DNA of 63,386 bases, the filler included, from Chiloscyllium plagiosum (taxonomy: Eukaryota): NCBI RefSeq assembly GCF_004010195.1. It is 5 parts of one record of this genome, joined end to end, with 100 filler letters (N's around TTAATTAATTAA, not from the genome) between each part and the next. Parts side by side here need not be neighbours in the genome. Positions count along the whole stretch, not along the records: positions 40,278 to 49,911 come from NC_057717.1; positions 50,012 to 59,934 come from NC_057717.1; positions 60,035 to 63,386 come from NC_057717.1; 2 more parts are not named here. One strand, given 5' to 3'. Positions 48,431 through 60,996 of the stretch are shown here, piece by piece (position 1 is the first letter of the stretch; each line of letters starts with the position of its first letter). The translations under genes and the position numbers were made by a program. A model generated the notes under the pieces. The model saw only the letters and a program-made list of their open reading frames with translations. It was not told the DNA's origin and ran no database searches.

Positions 48431-50011
48431 GTCCTCAGTAGGTGTTCTCAGGGCACTCAGACTCTCTGATTCCGTCCCTGGGAACTCGGATTATACGGCA
48501 GTCTGTCGCAGTGGAGACTTTGTTGCTGGAAAAGGACAGCATGTAAGGCAGCATCCAAGAAGCAGGAGAATCGACGTTTTGGGTATGAATACTTCATCAG
48601 GCTTATACCCAAAACGTCGACTTTCCTGCTCTTCGGATGCTGCTTGACCAGCTATTCTTTCCAGTACCACACTCTCGACTCTGATCTCCAGCACATGTCG
48701 TCCTCACTTTCACTTCCGTCTGCAGCAGTGGTTAGTTCTTTCTTCGAGGGAACTGTTGATGTCACCAGTGTAACATTTGATTGCAGATTGAGAAACACAA
48801 CCAGGTCCCTCGCAGAAAAGAGCATATCTGTTGTGTTTCCGGTGCTATGCATAGCACGGCCTCTGGCAGTGTACTTATATGAAGTTTCATAGCATTTCGA
48901 TATGTGCTTCTGTGATCGTACATTTGTCAGTACTCTGAGATGTGGCTGCAGTCATCTGCGTTTGTAACCCAGTATCGATTGCTGCTGTTTTGCGTTGCTC
49001 TTCATGTGTGCATGAGTAACACAGTGATGGATCAATTGATATTGTAAAAAGCCAGACAGTTGTGGGAAACGTCGAGGATTTAATGACATTTGTACAATGT
49101 TTAGACGTTACCTAGATGCAGGAGTTAAGGTCACTGAAGTCTTTCGTGGAGTGACGAGAAACAGTGAGGGAAATAAGTCACCAGAGCGTGTAGTTTACAA
49201 GTTCATTCACAGGAACCACAATGCGAAATAAAACGTCCAAAAATTGAAGAAGACAGATAAAGGATGGTAGTAATCATGGATCTCCTTACTTCCACTCCCC
49301 AGCTCCCACAATTCCAACTCCCGACTCCATTGTAAACAAATTTTACACAACCATACACATCAACTTTGGCCAATAGAACGGCACAAGTCTTTTCTTGTCT
49401 TCGTTTTATCGTTTCGATTTATAGTTTTTTTTCGGGAAAACATCATTCATTGCAACCTTTCGCAAACGAGGTCATACGGTTTTGTCCGAAAAAAAATTAC
49501 ACAAAACTTTGTTTGCGTCAAGCCCAAGAACTCCTAGATTCCTCTGTGCTTCAAGTTTTTTTTCTATTTTCCTCTATCTTAATAGTGCTCTGCCTTTTGA
49601 CTCTTCCAACCTGACTCTCCCAACATGAAACTTCATCTGCAAAGTGTTTCCCCTACTCACTCAAACTATTTATACGCCTTTGCAGATTCCCACGTCCTCA
49701 TCACAACGTGCTCTCCCATTATTGTCTATCGTCAGCAAACTTGGACACATTTCACAATGCCACTTGCTCCATTCTATTAACAGAGAGATAAGTAATTGAA
49801 GCCGTAAATATACCCAATATTAACAGACCTCTCTGTTGAAAGTAAGTTCACGTATTTGCTCTCCTGAGAATGTGACAACAGCCTCCTCATCTGTGTCTTA
49901 ATTGGGTAAACNNNNNNNNNNNNNNNNNNNNNNNNNNNNNNNNNNNNNNNNNNNNTTAATTAATTAANNNNNNNNNNNNNNNNNNNNNNNNNNNNNNNNN
50001 NNNNNNNNNNN

Positions 50012-50870
50012 CACTGCAACTCCCAGGTCATTTCCTCAGCCCTGAAGCTCTTCAACCATGTCCTGAAACAAACTCGCTACCACAGCCACATTTGCTTCCT
50101 CAGTGCCTGCCTCCATAACCAACTCATTTCACACGGACTCCGGACCACCTTTAAACCAGCAGAGTTCGGACTCGAACAGGACAAACAGTACAGACTACAG
50201 AATCAAAAACACCAGCAACGGTTCTCCTTCAAGATCCTCCGCTCCACGCTTGCAGCAATGCGCCGGCACCTAACCTCTCTACAGTCAGCCCTACCTCAGC
50301 TGAGGGCTACACTCTCTCAGAATTGCAAAGGACCCACTCTGTACTACATCCTCAGGAGAATTCATACTCTCAACAAGCAGTAATTCAACCCCATCTCAAA
50401 CATCAAAAACTGTAAGTACAACAGACTTTTATCTACCCACCTCCATAACCAGCGCTCCTCAAACATTCCAGAAGATTCCCCTGGCCTCTGAAACACCATT
50501 AGCCATGCGGCTGATGCAGCTACCACCCCCACGCTGATTGATGATGCCACTTCCGCACCCATCATGGCCTCTCCCACAGCCACTTCCGGCCCTCACATCA
50601 TTGCCGATGCCACATGATCAGTGACTTCCGCCACGCCTACTGCCCCTCCCCCACTCACACATTGTACTCTATGCTACTCTCTCCCCACCCCCATCCTCCC
50701 CTACCTTATCTCTCCACTCTTCAGGCTCTCTGCCTTTATTCCTGATGAAGGGATTTTGCCCGAAACGTCGATTTTGCTGAAGCTCCTCGGATGCTGCCTG
50801 AACTGCTGTGCTCTTCCAGCACCATTGATCCAGAATCTGGTTTCCAGCATCTGCAGTCATTGTTTTTACC
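50012..50870 (+). mobile_element. PLE: ORF N-terminus fused to a terminal repeat with hammerhead core
   Basis: Reading HCNSQVISSALKLFNHVLKQTRYHSHICFLSACLHNQLISHGLRTTFKP (PLE N-terminal H..FL..C pattern); CTGATGAagggattttgcccGAAACGTC at 50742-50769. Confidence 0.7.
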
Positions 50871-51510
50871 TACGCAGTATTCTAAATGCACCTCGAACTA
50901 AGTTTCTCTACAGCTGCAATATGACCTGTTATTATTCATATTGCATGGTCCGATGCATGTCTGCAAGCTTTCTGTCAGTCTTCTTGATCACCCTATCCAC
51001 CGTGTTGCCACTTTCAGGGAACTGTGGAGCTGTACACCAAGATGCCTTCAGATGTCGATGAGATCAGTAGTTTTTTCCATCCACTTTATACTTCTCTCCT
51101 TAATTAGTCCTTCCAAAATGCATCACGTCACAATTGTCCAAATAAAGTTACATATGTGTTTTCTCTATCCAATATCCGGCTGTGTTCCCTGGCAAATCAT
51201 CATCACAATCTGCAACTCTGCCAATCAATTTACAGATCTCTCGTCACGAAATCACTGTTCCACCACTACTCTGTCTTCTATGGCCAAGCAGTTCTCTATA
51301 CATCTTGCTAACTGACCGCTGATCCCGTTTCACATCACATTCTGTATGAGCCTGCCATTAGGAACCATATCAAAGGCCTTCCTAAGGTCAAAAAGGCCAA
51401 CATCCAGTCCCATGCCCTCATCAATCAATTTTGTCACTTCCTCAATATAATCAATCAATTTTGTGAGACATGATCCTCCCCATACAAATGTGTTGCCTGT
51501 TGCTAGTCCA
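50871..51510 (-). mobile_element. Degenerate CR1 fragment
   Basis: tcttgatcaccctatccaccgtgttgccactttcaggga; ggaaccatatcaaaggccttcctaaggtc (reverse complement of D...AFD.VP). Confidence 0.7.
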
Positions 51511-51589
51511 TACTAGAGTACTGTTGGAGCTGCACTCATTCAGTCAAGTGATTATTGCATGATAATCCTGACTTGAACCTTGGAGAGTT

Positions 51590-51885
51590 GATTGCATTCC
51601 TTACAGTGTCTAAACAGGCCCTTCGGCCTAACCAGTCCACATTAACCCTCCGAAGAGTAACCCACCCAGATCCATTTCTCTCTGACTAAAACACTTGACA
51701 ATCCAGTATGGCCAATTCATCTGGCCTGCACATCTTTGGACTGTGGGAGGAAACTCACGCAGACACGGGGCGGGGGATTGGGGAATACGCAAACGCCAAA
51801 CAGAGAGAGTCGCCAAAGGCCAGAATCGAACATAGGACCTTGGCGCTGTTTGGTAGCGGTGCTGAACACTGAGCCACCGTGCCTC
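51590..51885 (-). mobile_element. HE1-type SINE
   Basis: aacaggcccttcggcc...catctttggactgtgggaggaaac...cactgagccaccgtgcc. Confidence 0.85.
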
Positions 51886-51904
51886 TCTTGATTGTGCCTG
51901 TAGA

Positions 51905-52233
51905 GTGGGAGATACGTCGGGCCGTGACGGTTACTGTACAGTGGGATGTATGCCGGGCCGTGATGGTTACTGTACAGTAGGAGGTATGTCAGGCCGTGAC
52001 GGTTACTGTACAGTGGGAGGTATGCCGGGCCGTGATGGTTACTGTACAGTGGGAGGTATGTCGGGCCGTGACGGTTACTGTACAGTGGGAGCTATGCCGG
52101 GCCGTGATGGTTACTGTACAGTGGGAGATACGTCGGGCCGTGATGGTTACTGTACAGTGGGAGGTATGCCAGGCCGTGATGGTTACTGTACAGTGGGAGG
52201 TATGTCGGGCCATGATGGTTACTGTACAGTGGG
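51905..52233 (+). repeat. 36-bp minisatellite, ~9 units (gtgggaggtatgYcgggccgtgaYggttactgtaca)
   Basis: Direct reading; appears as the 12-aa repeat GGMPGRDGYCTV in the ORF track. Confidence 0.97.
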
Positions 52234-52639
52234 GAGTCTGTCTGGCTGTGAAGTTGCAGACTGTATGAGCTGTACAGAGTATGATTCTGCTGATGCTGAT
52301 GGCCCTCTGCACCTCATGGCTGCATCATCATTGGTTATTCAATCTTTGTAAAGTCTGTTCCATTCAGTACTCATGGAACTACATATCATGGTGTGGACGG
52401 TCTGCAAAATGCGAAGGTAGCCCTTGCTCCCCATTGTGCAGTGACTATTGTTCCTGATGTATGAAATGGAGAGGTGGATCTGCAGCAGGCAGATCGGTGA
52501 TGATGTGGTCAGTTATATGTTGCCCTTTTATTGATTCCACCATAACCTGCCACAGAGCAGTCTGGCAGCCACAGGATCCAGCATCAATGCTGAGTACTCT
52601 CATTAGATTAGATTCCCTACAGGATGGGCTGAGTACTCT

Positions 52640-52912
52640 CATTAGATTAGATTCCCTACAGGATGGGCACAGGCCCTTCGGCCCAACCAGTCCACACCGA
52701 CCCTCAGAAGAGCAATACAAGCCTCTCTGAACACTATGGGCAGTTTAACATGGCCAATTCACTTGAGCTGCACATCTTTGGACTGTGAGAGGAAACCCAC
52801 GCAGGCACAGAGTGAATGTGCAAATGCCGCACAGGCAGTTGCCAGAGGCTGGAATCAAACCTGGGACCCTGGTGCTATGAGGCAGCAGTGCTAACCACTG
52901 AACCACTATGAC
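52640..52912 (-). mobile_element. HE1-type SINE with a 39-bp duplication at the tail junction (52589-52666)
   Basis: attagattagattccctaca...acaggcccttcggcccaa...ggcagcagtgctaaccactgaaccac. Confidence 0.87.
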
Positions 52913-54109
52913 AACCTATATTGACTGTATACCAAGGATCTGTTCCCTCTGCCTATCTGTGTCCTGTCAGTGGGATAGAACCTAACAGAGAGAGTGGTGA
53001 TGTTGCCTGGGACATAGTCCTGTTCACAGAATCCTGCTTTACAGACAATATATGACTGTTACTTGATTAGTCCATGGGAAATATAAACCTGGTCACTTTC
53101 ACATTTTCTGTAATGAAGAGGTAATATCACTTTATTTCTTACATATTTCAAAATAAACCAAACATCATTGTTTTTCAGTTGAAAACAATTGAAGTGTACA
53201 ATAATTGAACTACCAGAGCGTACACCTAACTAATACACAATTCAGTGACTACAGTAAAGAGCTGATTCATGTTCAGATCAGTGAACCCACCATCTTGCAG
53301 GCAGCAAAGCTATTGAAAATTACTTTGAGGAAAAGCCTGAATTCAGATACTGTATTACTAGCCCTCACCACGACCTCCAAAACACTGACCATCTCCAAAA
53401 TGTGTCCAGAGAGCTTCCAAACTGGATCTGGGCAGTTACTCACACAATCCCTCACAATAGACTGGTTAGAGACATACCTGAACAATAGGGAGATGTGTGT
53501 GGGGCAGACTGGACAATGGACTAGCACATGGCGCTGGTCAGACGCAGTTCAATAAAAACAACCTGTAAACAGCCATGTCTTGCAAATATATCTCTTCTTG
53601 TGTGCCACCTAAACTCTGTAATTCTGAACCTTGGCCCTGATCCTGAATGAAGGTGTTATAAAGGTGATGGACTCCCGCATCATATGGTATCTTACATTGA
53701 ATCCGTCATAAACAATATCCAGTGTATATTAGCCCCACAATGTTAGTATCCAAACAGAATTGTGCAGCTCCATTGATGGCCAGTATGATCCCAGCCCAAT
53801 GAGCTTGTGTGTAACTTGAGCTGGAAAAATCTGTGTAAATGTTTGCAGCATTTTTCTAACCGTTAACAGCCATTAAGTACTGTCTCTTTACTGAAGGTCC
53901 GATATCCTTTCGTAATACCAACTTTTAGATTGTCCAAAAAGCAAAAAATCACCCATTTATTCACTGTTATAACAACAATATGATGAAAACTCACAGTAAT
54001 TAGCATAGTAATGATGAGTCTTATTGCCACACCCAAGACCAAATTATTATTCAGTACAAGGACTTTGAAAATATACAATTATTTTCCCTTGTATTAATAC
54101 TGTTAACTA

Positions 54110-54215
54110 ATAGTCGATTCTCCTGCTCCTCAGATGCTGCCTGAACGTCTGAGTTTTTTTTCAGAACCACATTTTTTGACTCTGATCTCCAGCATCTGCA
54201 GTCCTCACTTTCTCC
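54110..54215 (+). mobile_element. PLE terminal fragment (further copies on - at ~55150-55230 and ~59165-59283)
   Basis: gtcgattctcctgctcctcagatgctgcctga...actctgatctccagcatctgcagtcctcactttctcc. Confidence 0.72.
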
Positions 54216-54611
54216 CTGCTAATAATCATAATCATTTTCATGGCAACAATATCACTGTGTGTTTAAGCATGCCCCAGTCAGATATGAGTACATTTTAAGT
54301 TGCTTCTGTCTATCTTAGAGCTCAGTAATGTAGGATGAGAATGCCAGTGTCTGGGATGCTCTGTATGTAGGCCATGCCTTTGAGAGACTGACAGATTGTT
54401 TCAAACATCATATCCCTTTAGCTGTTCACAACAAGCAGGGAACTGCCTGGACCAACCACCCTGAGTTCACAAAACCCAAAACCGTGTCCAGCATTGAACA
54501 GGTCTCGACAATATTCTTTATGTTAATTTATTCATGCAATGTGATTGGGACGGCATTTATTGATAGATATGGAACTTGAAACAGTGACACTGAAGGAACG
54601 GCAATATGCTT

Positions 54612-54993
54612 CCCAATCAGGATGGTAGATGGTTTAGAACAGAACGCGAAGATGGTGGAGGTCCCGTGTATCTGCTTCCCCTGTCCTTATTGATGTTCGG
54701 GGGTTCAGAAGTTCGTTGTGAGGAGCCTTGGTAAATTTCTGCAGAGCACCGAGTAGATGGCAGGTATTGCTGCTACTGAGCATCAGTGGATGAGGGGTGA
54801 AGCCCAATCAGGATGGTAGATGGTTTAGAACAGAACGCGAAGATGGTGGAGGTCCCGTGTATCTGCTTCCCCTGTCCTTAGTGATGTTCGGGGGTTCAGA
54901 AGTTCGTTGTGAGGAGCCTTGGTAAATTTCTGCAGAGCATCAAGTAGATGGCAGGTATTGCTGCTACTGAGCATCAGTGGATGAGGGGTGAAG
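54612..54993 (+). repeat. 191-bp tandem duplication
   Basis: cccaatcaggatggtag...gaggggtgaag occurs twice with about 3 differences. Confidence 0.95.
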
Positions 54994-55719
54994 CTGCACC
55001 CACACAGGCAAATTGAAGTATTTAATCATACACATTCAACACGTGTCTTAACAATAGGGGAGAGGCTTTCGGAAATTTTGAGGTGAGTTATTACTGCAGA
55101 ATTTCTAGCCTCTGACATATTCTTGTAGCCAATCAATTTATATGCGTCAAAAAGCTGGAAAAGCAAAACAGGTCAGGCAGCAGCTGAGGTACAGGAGGTT
55201 CAATGTTTTAGCATAAGCCCTTCACAGGAATGGGTCATTGAATCATATAGTAGGTCCAGTTTACGTTAACGGTAATCCCCGCGCTATTGCTTGGTATGTG
55301 TTCATTTATGGTGGTGGCATTGACCGTTAGAGGATATGGTTTAATTTTCCATTGTTAGAAGTAATCGTTGTCTGGCACATGTGTAATGGAAATGGTATTG
55401 TCACTGTGAAGCACGCACTTACATATTTCCAGGTCCTGGTACATTTGGACAAGGACTGCTTCAGTATCTGAGTAAATCACGAATGGTGTTAAACATTGTC
55501 CAATCATTGGCAAACATCCCCAGTTGTGACTTAACAATGTCGGGATTGTTATTTATGAAGCTGCTGAAAATTATTGGGCCGAGGGCAGAGAGCACTCTGA
55601 CAGATCACTGATGCTGTCCCTCTCTCAGAGCTCGGAAGCTGGCTTCTAGTTCCACCTCCTCCAGAGGTATCTAACAACATATCTGAAAACAATATGTTTC
55701 AGTAGCTTCCCCAAATAAC

Positions 55720-55950
55720 TGAGTGAGGACTTGACTACCTCAATCAGTTGGACCGCCGGTTTGTAATGCAGATTAATGTCGACAGTGTGGGTTCAATTCT
55801 GCACTGACTGATGTGACTGAAAAGGGAGAATTCAACCTCTCCCTTATTTGAGGCATGATGACTGTCCAGTTAAACTGCCACCAGTCGTCTCTGTCCAAAG
55901 AGAGAGCAACCCCATCATCCTATCGGGGTATGGTGCCTTACCTTTCCACT
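55720..55950 (+). mobile_element. Old tRNA-derived SINE (same family as 14720-14943)
   Basis: tcagttgg...gtgtgggttcaattctgcac (B box)...ttaaactgccaccagtcgtctct. Confidence 0.55.
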
Positions 55951-57099
55951 TCTGATCTACAGGTTTACCCAGAAACCCCTCCCCTGGGGAACTGTTGCAG
56001 AGCTGACCTGGAGCTGAGATGGATGCTCTCCTCCAACCCCAGCCACCTTCCTTTCAGGTATAACTTCAACCAGTGCAAACGGTTCCTATTTGCTCCAGTT
56101 TTGTCATTAATCCATGATAGGAAACTTTGTCAAATGCAGATATGATTATGTTAAGCTCAGTCACTGTTGCCTCGCCTCTAGAATTCAGCCGCATGGTCTC
56201 TTGTACATCGTTAAACCAAGGCTTCAATGAGCCCCAGGGATGAGAGCCCAAACTGAGCTTCAGTGAGCAGTTTGGTGCTGAGGAAGTGCTGCTTGATCCC
56301 ACTTTGAGTGACATCTTCCATCCCTTTATTAATGATAGAGATGAGAGCAATGGGGTAGACATTGATTGTCTGATGGTTTGTCTGTGTGTGTACAGGACAC
56401 ACCCGGATAGTTTCCCACATTGACAGGTTGATGCCAGTGCTGTATCCCAGCAGGAACAGCTTGAATGGAATGTTATCAGGGCCCACAGTCTTTGCATTCC
56501 CCATCTCTCCAGTCGTTTGGAATTACCACACACAGGGAATCGAATTCGCTGAAGACTGCCATCTGGAGGAGACTAACATAGATCCTCCTATCGATACCTC
56601 TGTCTGAACTTTGTTGTGGTCGTTCCAGACTGAGCTTTTCTATTGTTGTGTTGGGCCATTCCATCATTGAGGAAGATGATATATGGGGATCCTCCTCATC
56701 CAGAGTTGTTTGATTGGCACCACTATTCGACCTGACTGCGTATGACAGGATTGTAGCGATTAGATCGAATTGTTAGTTAGATCTGTCTGTCACTGGCTGT
56801 TTATGCTATTTGGTGAGTAAGTGGTCCTGTTCAGTAACGTCGCCTCATTTTTTGGTGTACCTGGTGCTGCTCCTGGTCAGCCCTCCTGTATTCTCCATTG
56901 AACAAGAGTTTATCTCCTGGGCTGATGGTTAGGGTAAAGTGGAGCATATGCCAGGCAGTGGCAGTGAAAATTGTGCGAGAGTACAATTTTGCTGCTGATG
57001 ACTCGAATCACCTCACACAGGCCAGTGCTGAGTTCTAGATCTCTTTGAAATCTGTCCCGTTAAGCTCGGGACATGTGTATCTCACATGTGCGCTGATGT

Positions 57100-57151
57100 G
57101 TGTACAGACACACGTACACACGCGCGTGCACACACACACGCACAGGCACAC
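57100..57151 (+). repeat. Imperfect (CA)n/(CG)n microsatellite
   Basis: acacacgtacacacgcgcgtgcacacacacacgcac. Confidence 0.85.
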
Positions 57152-58089
57152 AAAGTAAAAGTGGGACTTTGTCTCCAGATATACTGTGTGCGGTATACAC
57201 TGTTCCCAATGTGCTCATCGATTAATGTCTTTGCAGCCAATAGGTTGGTGAGGATGAGGTCAAGTATGTTTCTCCCTGTCAATCGTTCCCTCTCCATCCG
57301 GTGCCGAACCAGTCTCGCAGCTATGTTCGTTTGGACCCGACCATCTCGATCAGCAATGCTGCTGCTGTGCCCCTCTGGGTGGTGGTTTTGAAAGGGCCAC
57401 CCAGTATACATTCTCCAGCTCATTCACTCTGTCAGTGAGTCCTCCATGTGTTGTTCAATGTAGAGGGACACTGATTCATCAGCTGAGGGAAGGGATTCAG
57501 CAGGAGGTTTCCGTGTCCGAGTTTGATCTGACACCGTGAGGTTTCGTTATGTCACATTGTTGCTTGAGAAATCTGTAGGACGTCTCTCCTACATCCACCA
57601 CTCGTCCCAAGACGTTAGGAAGGAGGGATTTCTAGTGTCTGCAGGGCTTTTAATTTTTTGTCACTATCAATCGAAGGGCCTCTTCTGTGCTGTATGACAC
57701 TCACTCTATGACGCTTGTGATTGGACAGTCCAGGTCTCACTCCGTCACATCCTCCAAGTGCCTTGTCTATTCCACTGATTTCTGCAATATTTTCTCTTTT
57801 AAGACATTGCACAATAAGACATTGCACAATTCCGTTTTTAAACTATCTATGTTATCTATGTTTATCTCTATCTTTCCCTGTCATGTCCTCCATCCGCTAC
57901 ATCCATATGTATCTCAGAAACCTTCCGTATCACTACAATATGTATCTCATACTCCAGCCCCATCTATCACTGTAAATTCCGCCAGTCCCCACACCTCTCC
58001 GCATCTCTCTAACCTCCAGATGCTTCACCTTTCTCCATATCCTGTGAATGAATTTAAAAGTATCTCACTAATCTATTCTAGCATGCACA

Positions 58090-58500
58090 GGCCACGCTAT
58101 CTCTGTAATATTCCTAGCCTTGCTTTCCTTTCTCTCCAACATCTCCAGCCTTGCTTTTATATTTCTGTAACATTTCCAGCCTAGCTTTTCCATCTCTGTA
58201 AAGTCTCCAGCCATCCTTTCCTATCTCTGTAAAATCTCCAGCCATGCTTTCCTCTAACCGTGATATTTCCAGCCTTGCTTTCCTAACTCTGTAACATCTC
58301 CAGCCTTGCCTTCCTCTCTATCTGTAACATCTCCAGCCTCGCTTTTCTATCTCTCTCTAACATCTCCAGCCTTGCTTTTCTCTCTCTGTAAAATCTCCAG
58401 CCTTGCTTTCCTATCTCTGTAACATCTCCAGCCAGTCTTCCCTATAACTGTGATCTCACCAGCCATGCTTTCCTTTCTCTGTCACATCTCCAGCCTTGCT
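58090..58500 (+). repeat. ~30-bp minisatellite (tttcctatctctgtaacatctccagccttgc), about 13 degenerate units
   Basis: Direct reading. Confidence 0.9.
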
Positions 58501-59384
58501 TCCCTTCACACCTCAGTGAAATGGCTTTTTCACACGTCAGTGAATTGGTTATATATTTGCTCCTGTATTTTCATCTTCCTGAAGCTCGATAAAATATCTC
58601 CAGCCTTGTGTCTGTCATTGTTTGGACCCTCACCTTGACCGATAAAGCCTCATTTGTAGACACGTCCAAGATATCGTCCCTCCTTACTACAGTAACTGTT
58701 CCTTAATTAATAATGCAACATTACCTCCTCTTTAACACCCTCTCCTGTCCTGCCTATAGTTCCAGGACAAGAGACTATTGAGTTTTAGCCCTGACCTCTC
58801 TCAAACACGTCTCTGAGATGGCAAAATGTTACACCCCCATATGTCAACTCATGCCATTATCACATCAGTCTGTCTGATAATACTCCCAGCATTAACATAA
58901 GCTGGAATATAACACCTGGAATATTCTGTGCCTCAGAGCTCTTCAATCATTAACTATTTGTTATCAGGCTACCAAACCATGAAGCAAAAATGTAACTCTG
59001 GGACTGAAAGAATATTTATTGAATTGTAACTTCTTCTAAAAAAATGTATTCATCAAGTGCAACTTTCCAGATCTGAGCAGTCAGCTCCACATACAATGAG
59101 TTTCTGGTGGTTAATTCCCCGCTCAGTGTGCAGAGGGGACAGCCCTCAGTAATGGAGAAAGTGAGGAATGCAGTTGATGGAGATCACAGTCGAAAAATGT
59201 GGTACTGGAAAAGCACAGCAGGTCAGGCAGCATCCGACGAGCAGGAGAGTCAACAGTTCGTGCATGTGCTCCTTATCAGGAAGGCATTGGTGCGTTTATT
59301 TGGATTCCGTGAATCGCAGGACGTTGGGAACTGTACTTACTCAGGAATGCAGCACTGCATATAGCACTGAAGATGAAAGCAGTC

Positions 59385-59934
59385 AATCAATTGGTTGGAC
59401 AGGGTTAGACAAGTTGAGGGGAAGTACAGTCTGATTGAAGTACAAACATAAGGATAGATAAACCCCCTGGGCAAAATGGGGTATTCACGAGGTTACTCCA
59501 GGAAGTATTGAAAGAGATTGATGTGCCTTTGGTAATGACCTTTGTGTCTTCACTGTCTACTAGAGTAGTACCAGATGATTGGAGGGTGGCAAATTTTATT
59601 ATTTCATTAGCAGGGGGATTGAATTTAAGAATACCGAGGTTAATGCTTATCTCTATAAAGTTGTTGTTCAACAATGCTTGGAATATTGTGTTCAGTTGTG
59701 GTTGCCTCATTAGAGGAAACATGTGGAAGGCTCAGAGACTGTGCAGAGGAGATTTACCAGGATGCTGCCTGGACTGAAGGACATGTCTTAGTAAGAAAAT
59801 TTGAGTGAGCTAGGGCTTTTCTCCCTGGAGTGAAGAAGAATGACAGCTGACTTGATAGAGGTGTACAAGATGTTGAGAGACAAAGATTAGATAGCCAGAG
59901 TCTTTTCAACAAGGGGAATAATTTTAAAATGATT
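59385..59934 (+). mobile_element. Internally deleted CR1 fragments
   Basis: IDKPPG, VVPDDWRVAN, gtgcagaggagatttaccaggatgctgcctgg, gacttgatagaggtgtacaag. Confidence 0.75.
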
Positions 59935-60574
59935 NNNNNNNNNNNNNNNNNNNNNNNNNNNNNNNNNNNNNNNNNNNNTTAATTAATTAANNNNNNNNNN
60001 NNNNNNNNNNNNNNNNNNNNNNNNNNNNNNNNNNTTTCCGTGTCTGTGAGCTGTCTGTGGGAGAGGTTTTTAACCCAGGTGTGTGTTGTGGTGTCCTCTT
60101 TGTTGTGTGTTAGTTTGGCCATTTTTTCTTTTAGTGCCGTTTTTTTGCAGTGTGTAGTCCTGTTCTGTCATATGGTGACAGCCTGTTCTATGGTCCGGAT
60201 CCATTCCTGATTCGTGGTTTTTGAAATTAACGACTTTTGGCGCGCAATTTCTTGTCTGTATCTGTGAAGTCTGTTGTGAACGTCTGTAATCATTACCTGG
60301 ATCATCCTGAGTCCGTTCTGTCTGGCTGTGTCTCTGGCTTGTGGATTGTTGACTGGTGGTCTGTATCTGACACTTGGTGGACGGATTCGATTCTTTCGTC
60401 ATTCATGCAGGAACTGGGGTTGTTCGTATGTGGCGATGAGGCGGTTAGCGCAGGATTCACATTTCCTGTCTTGTCGTAGCATCTCTCGTCCGCAGGTGTT
60501 CAAAGTGTGTGAGAAGATTTGTAGCTCGGGTGCTCGTTGCTGTGGTTATGTTCGCCGAGCTGGAAGTTTTTGTT

Positions 60575-60614
60575 GCAAACGTTTCGTCCCCTGTCTAGGT
60601 GACATCCTCAGTGC
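60575..60614 (-). ncRNA. Minimal type I hammerhead ribozyme motif (identical copy, opposite strand)
   Basis: Exact reverse complement of 60957-60996. Confidence 0.8.
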
Positions 60615-60956
60615 TTGGGAGCCTCCTGTGAAGCGCTTATGAAGCGCATCCACGAACATCAACTAGCCACGAAACGACACGACCAGCTATCCCTAGTAGC
60701 TACACACGCGGACGACAAGCAACATGAATTTGACTGGGACAACACTACCATTATAGGGCAAGCGAAACAAAGAACATCCAGGGAATTCCTAGAAGCATGG
60801 CATCATCCACAAACTCCATCAACAAACACATAGACCTGGACCCAATATACCGGCCACGACAGCGGACATCTGAAACTGACAACCGGAAGCGGCAGGGCCA
60901 GGCCACTATAAATGCCGGAGGAAACACCACAGAAGCGCTTCACAGGAGGCTCCCAA

Positions 60957-60996
60957 GCACTGAGGATGTCACCTAGACAGGGGACGAAACGTTTGC
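60957..60996 (+). ncRNA. Minimal type I hammerhead ribozyme motif
   Basis: gca-CTGAGGA-t-gtcacct-agac-aggggac-GAAA-CGTT-tgc: intact core, stem I gca/tgc, palindromic ACGT stem III. Confidence 0.8.

Larger units (their letters stand above)
39043..49911 (+). repeat. Segmental duplication, copy 2
   Basis: Same order of CR1, SINE, ZNF pseudogene and tRNA pseudogenes as 10918-24252; ends at a gap. Confidence 0.97.
54520..57600 (-). mobile_element. Ancient non-LTR retrotransposon (CR1-group, different family), fragmented
   Basis: Minus ORFs: NILDLILTN (EN end), KTVGPDNIP, YPIALISIINKGME, LLTEAQFG, ISAFDKVSYHGL. Confidence 0.72.

Noticed and set aside
51905..52233. CRISPR-like 36-bp array
   Set aside because: Units are contiguous with no unique spacers, there are no cas genes, and the context is eukaryotic
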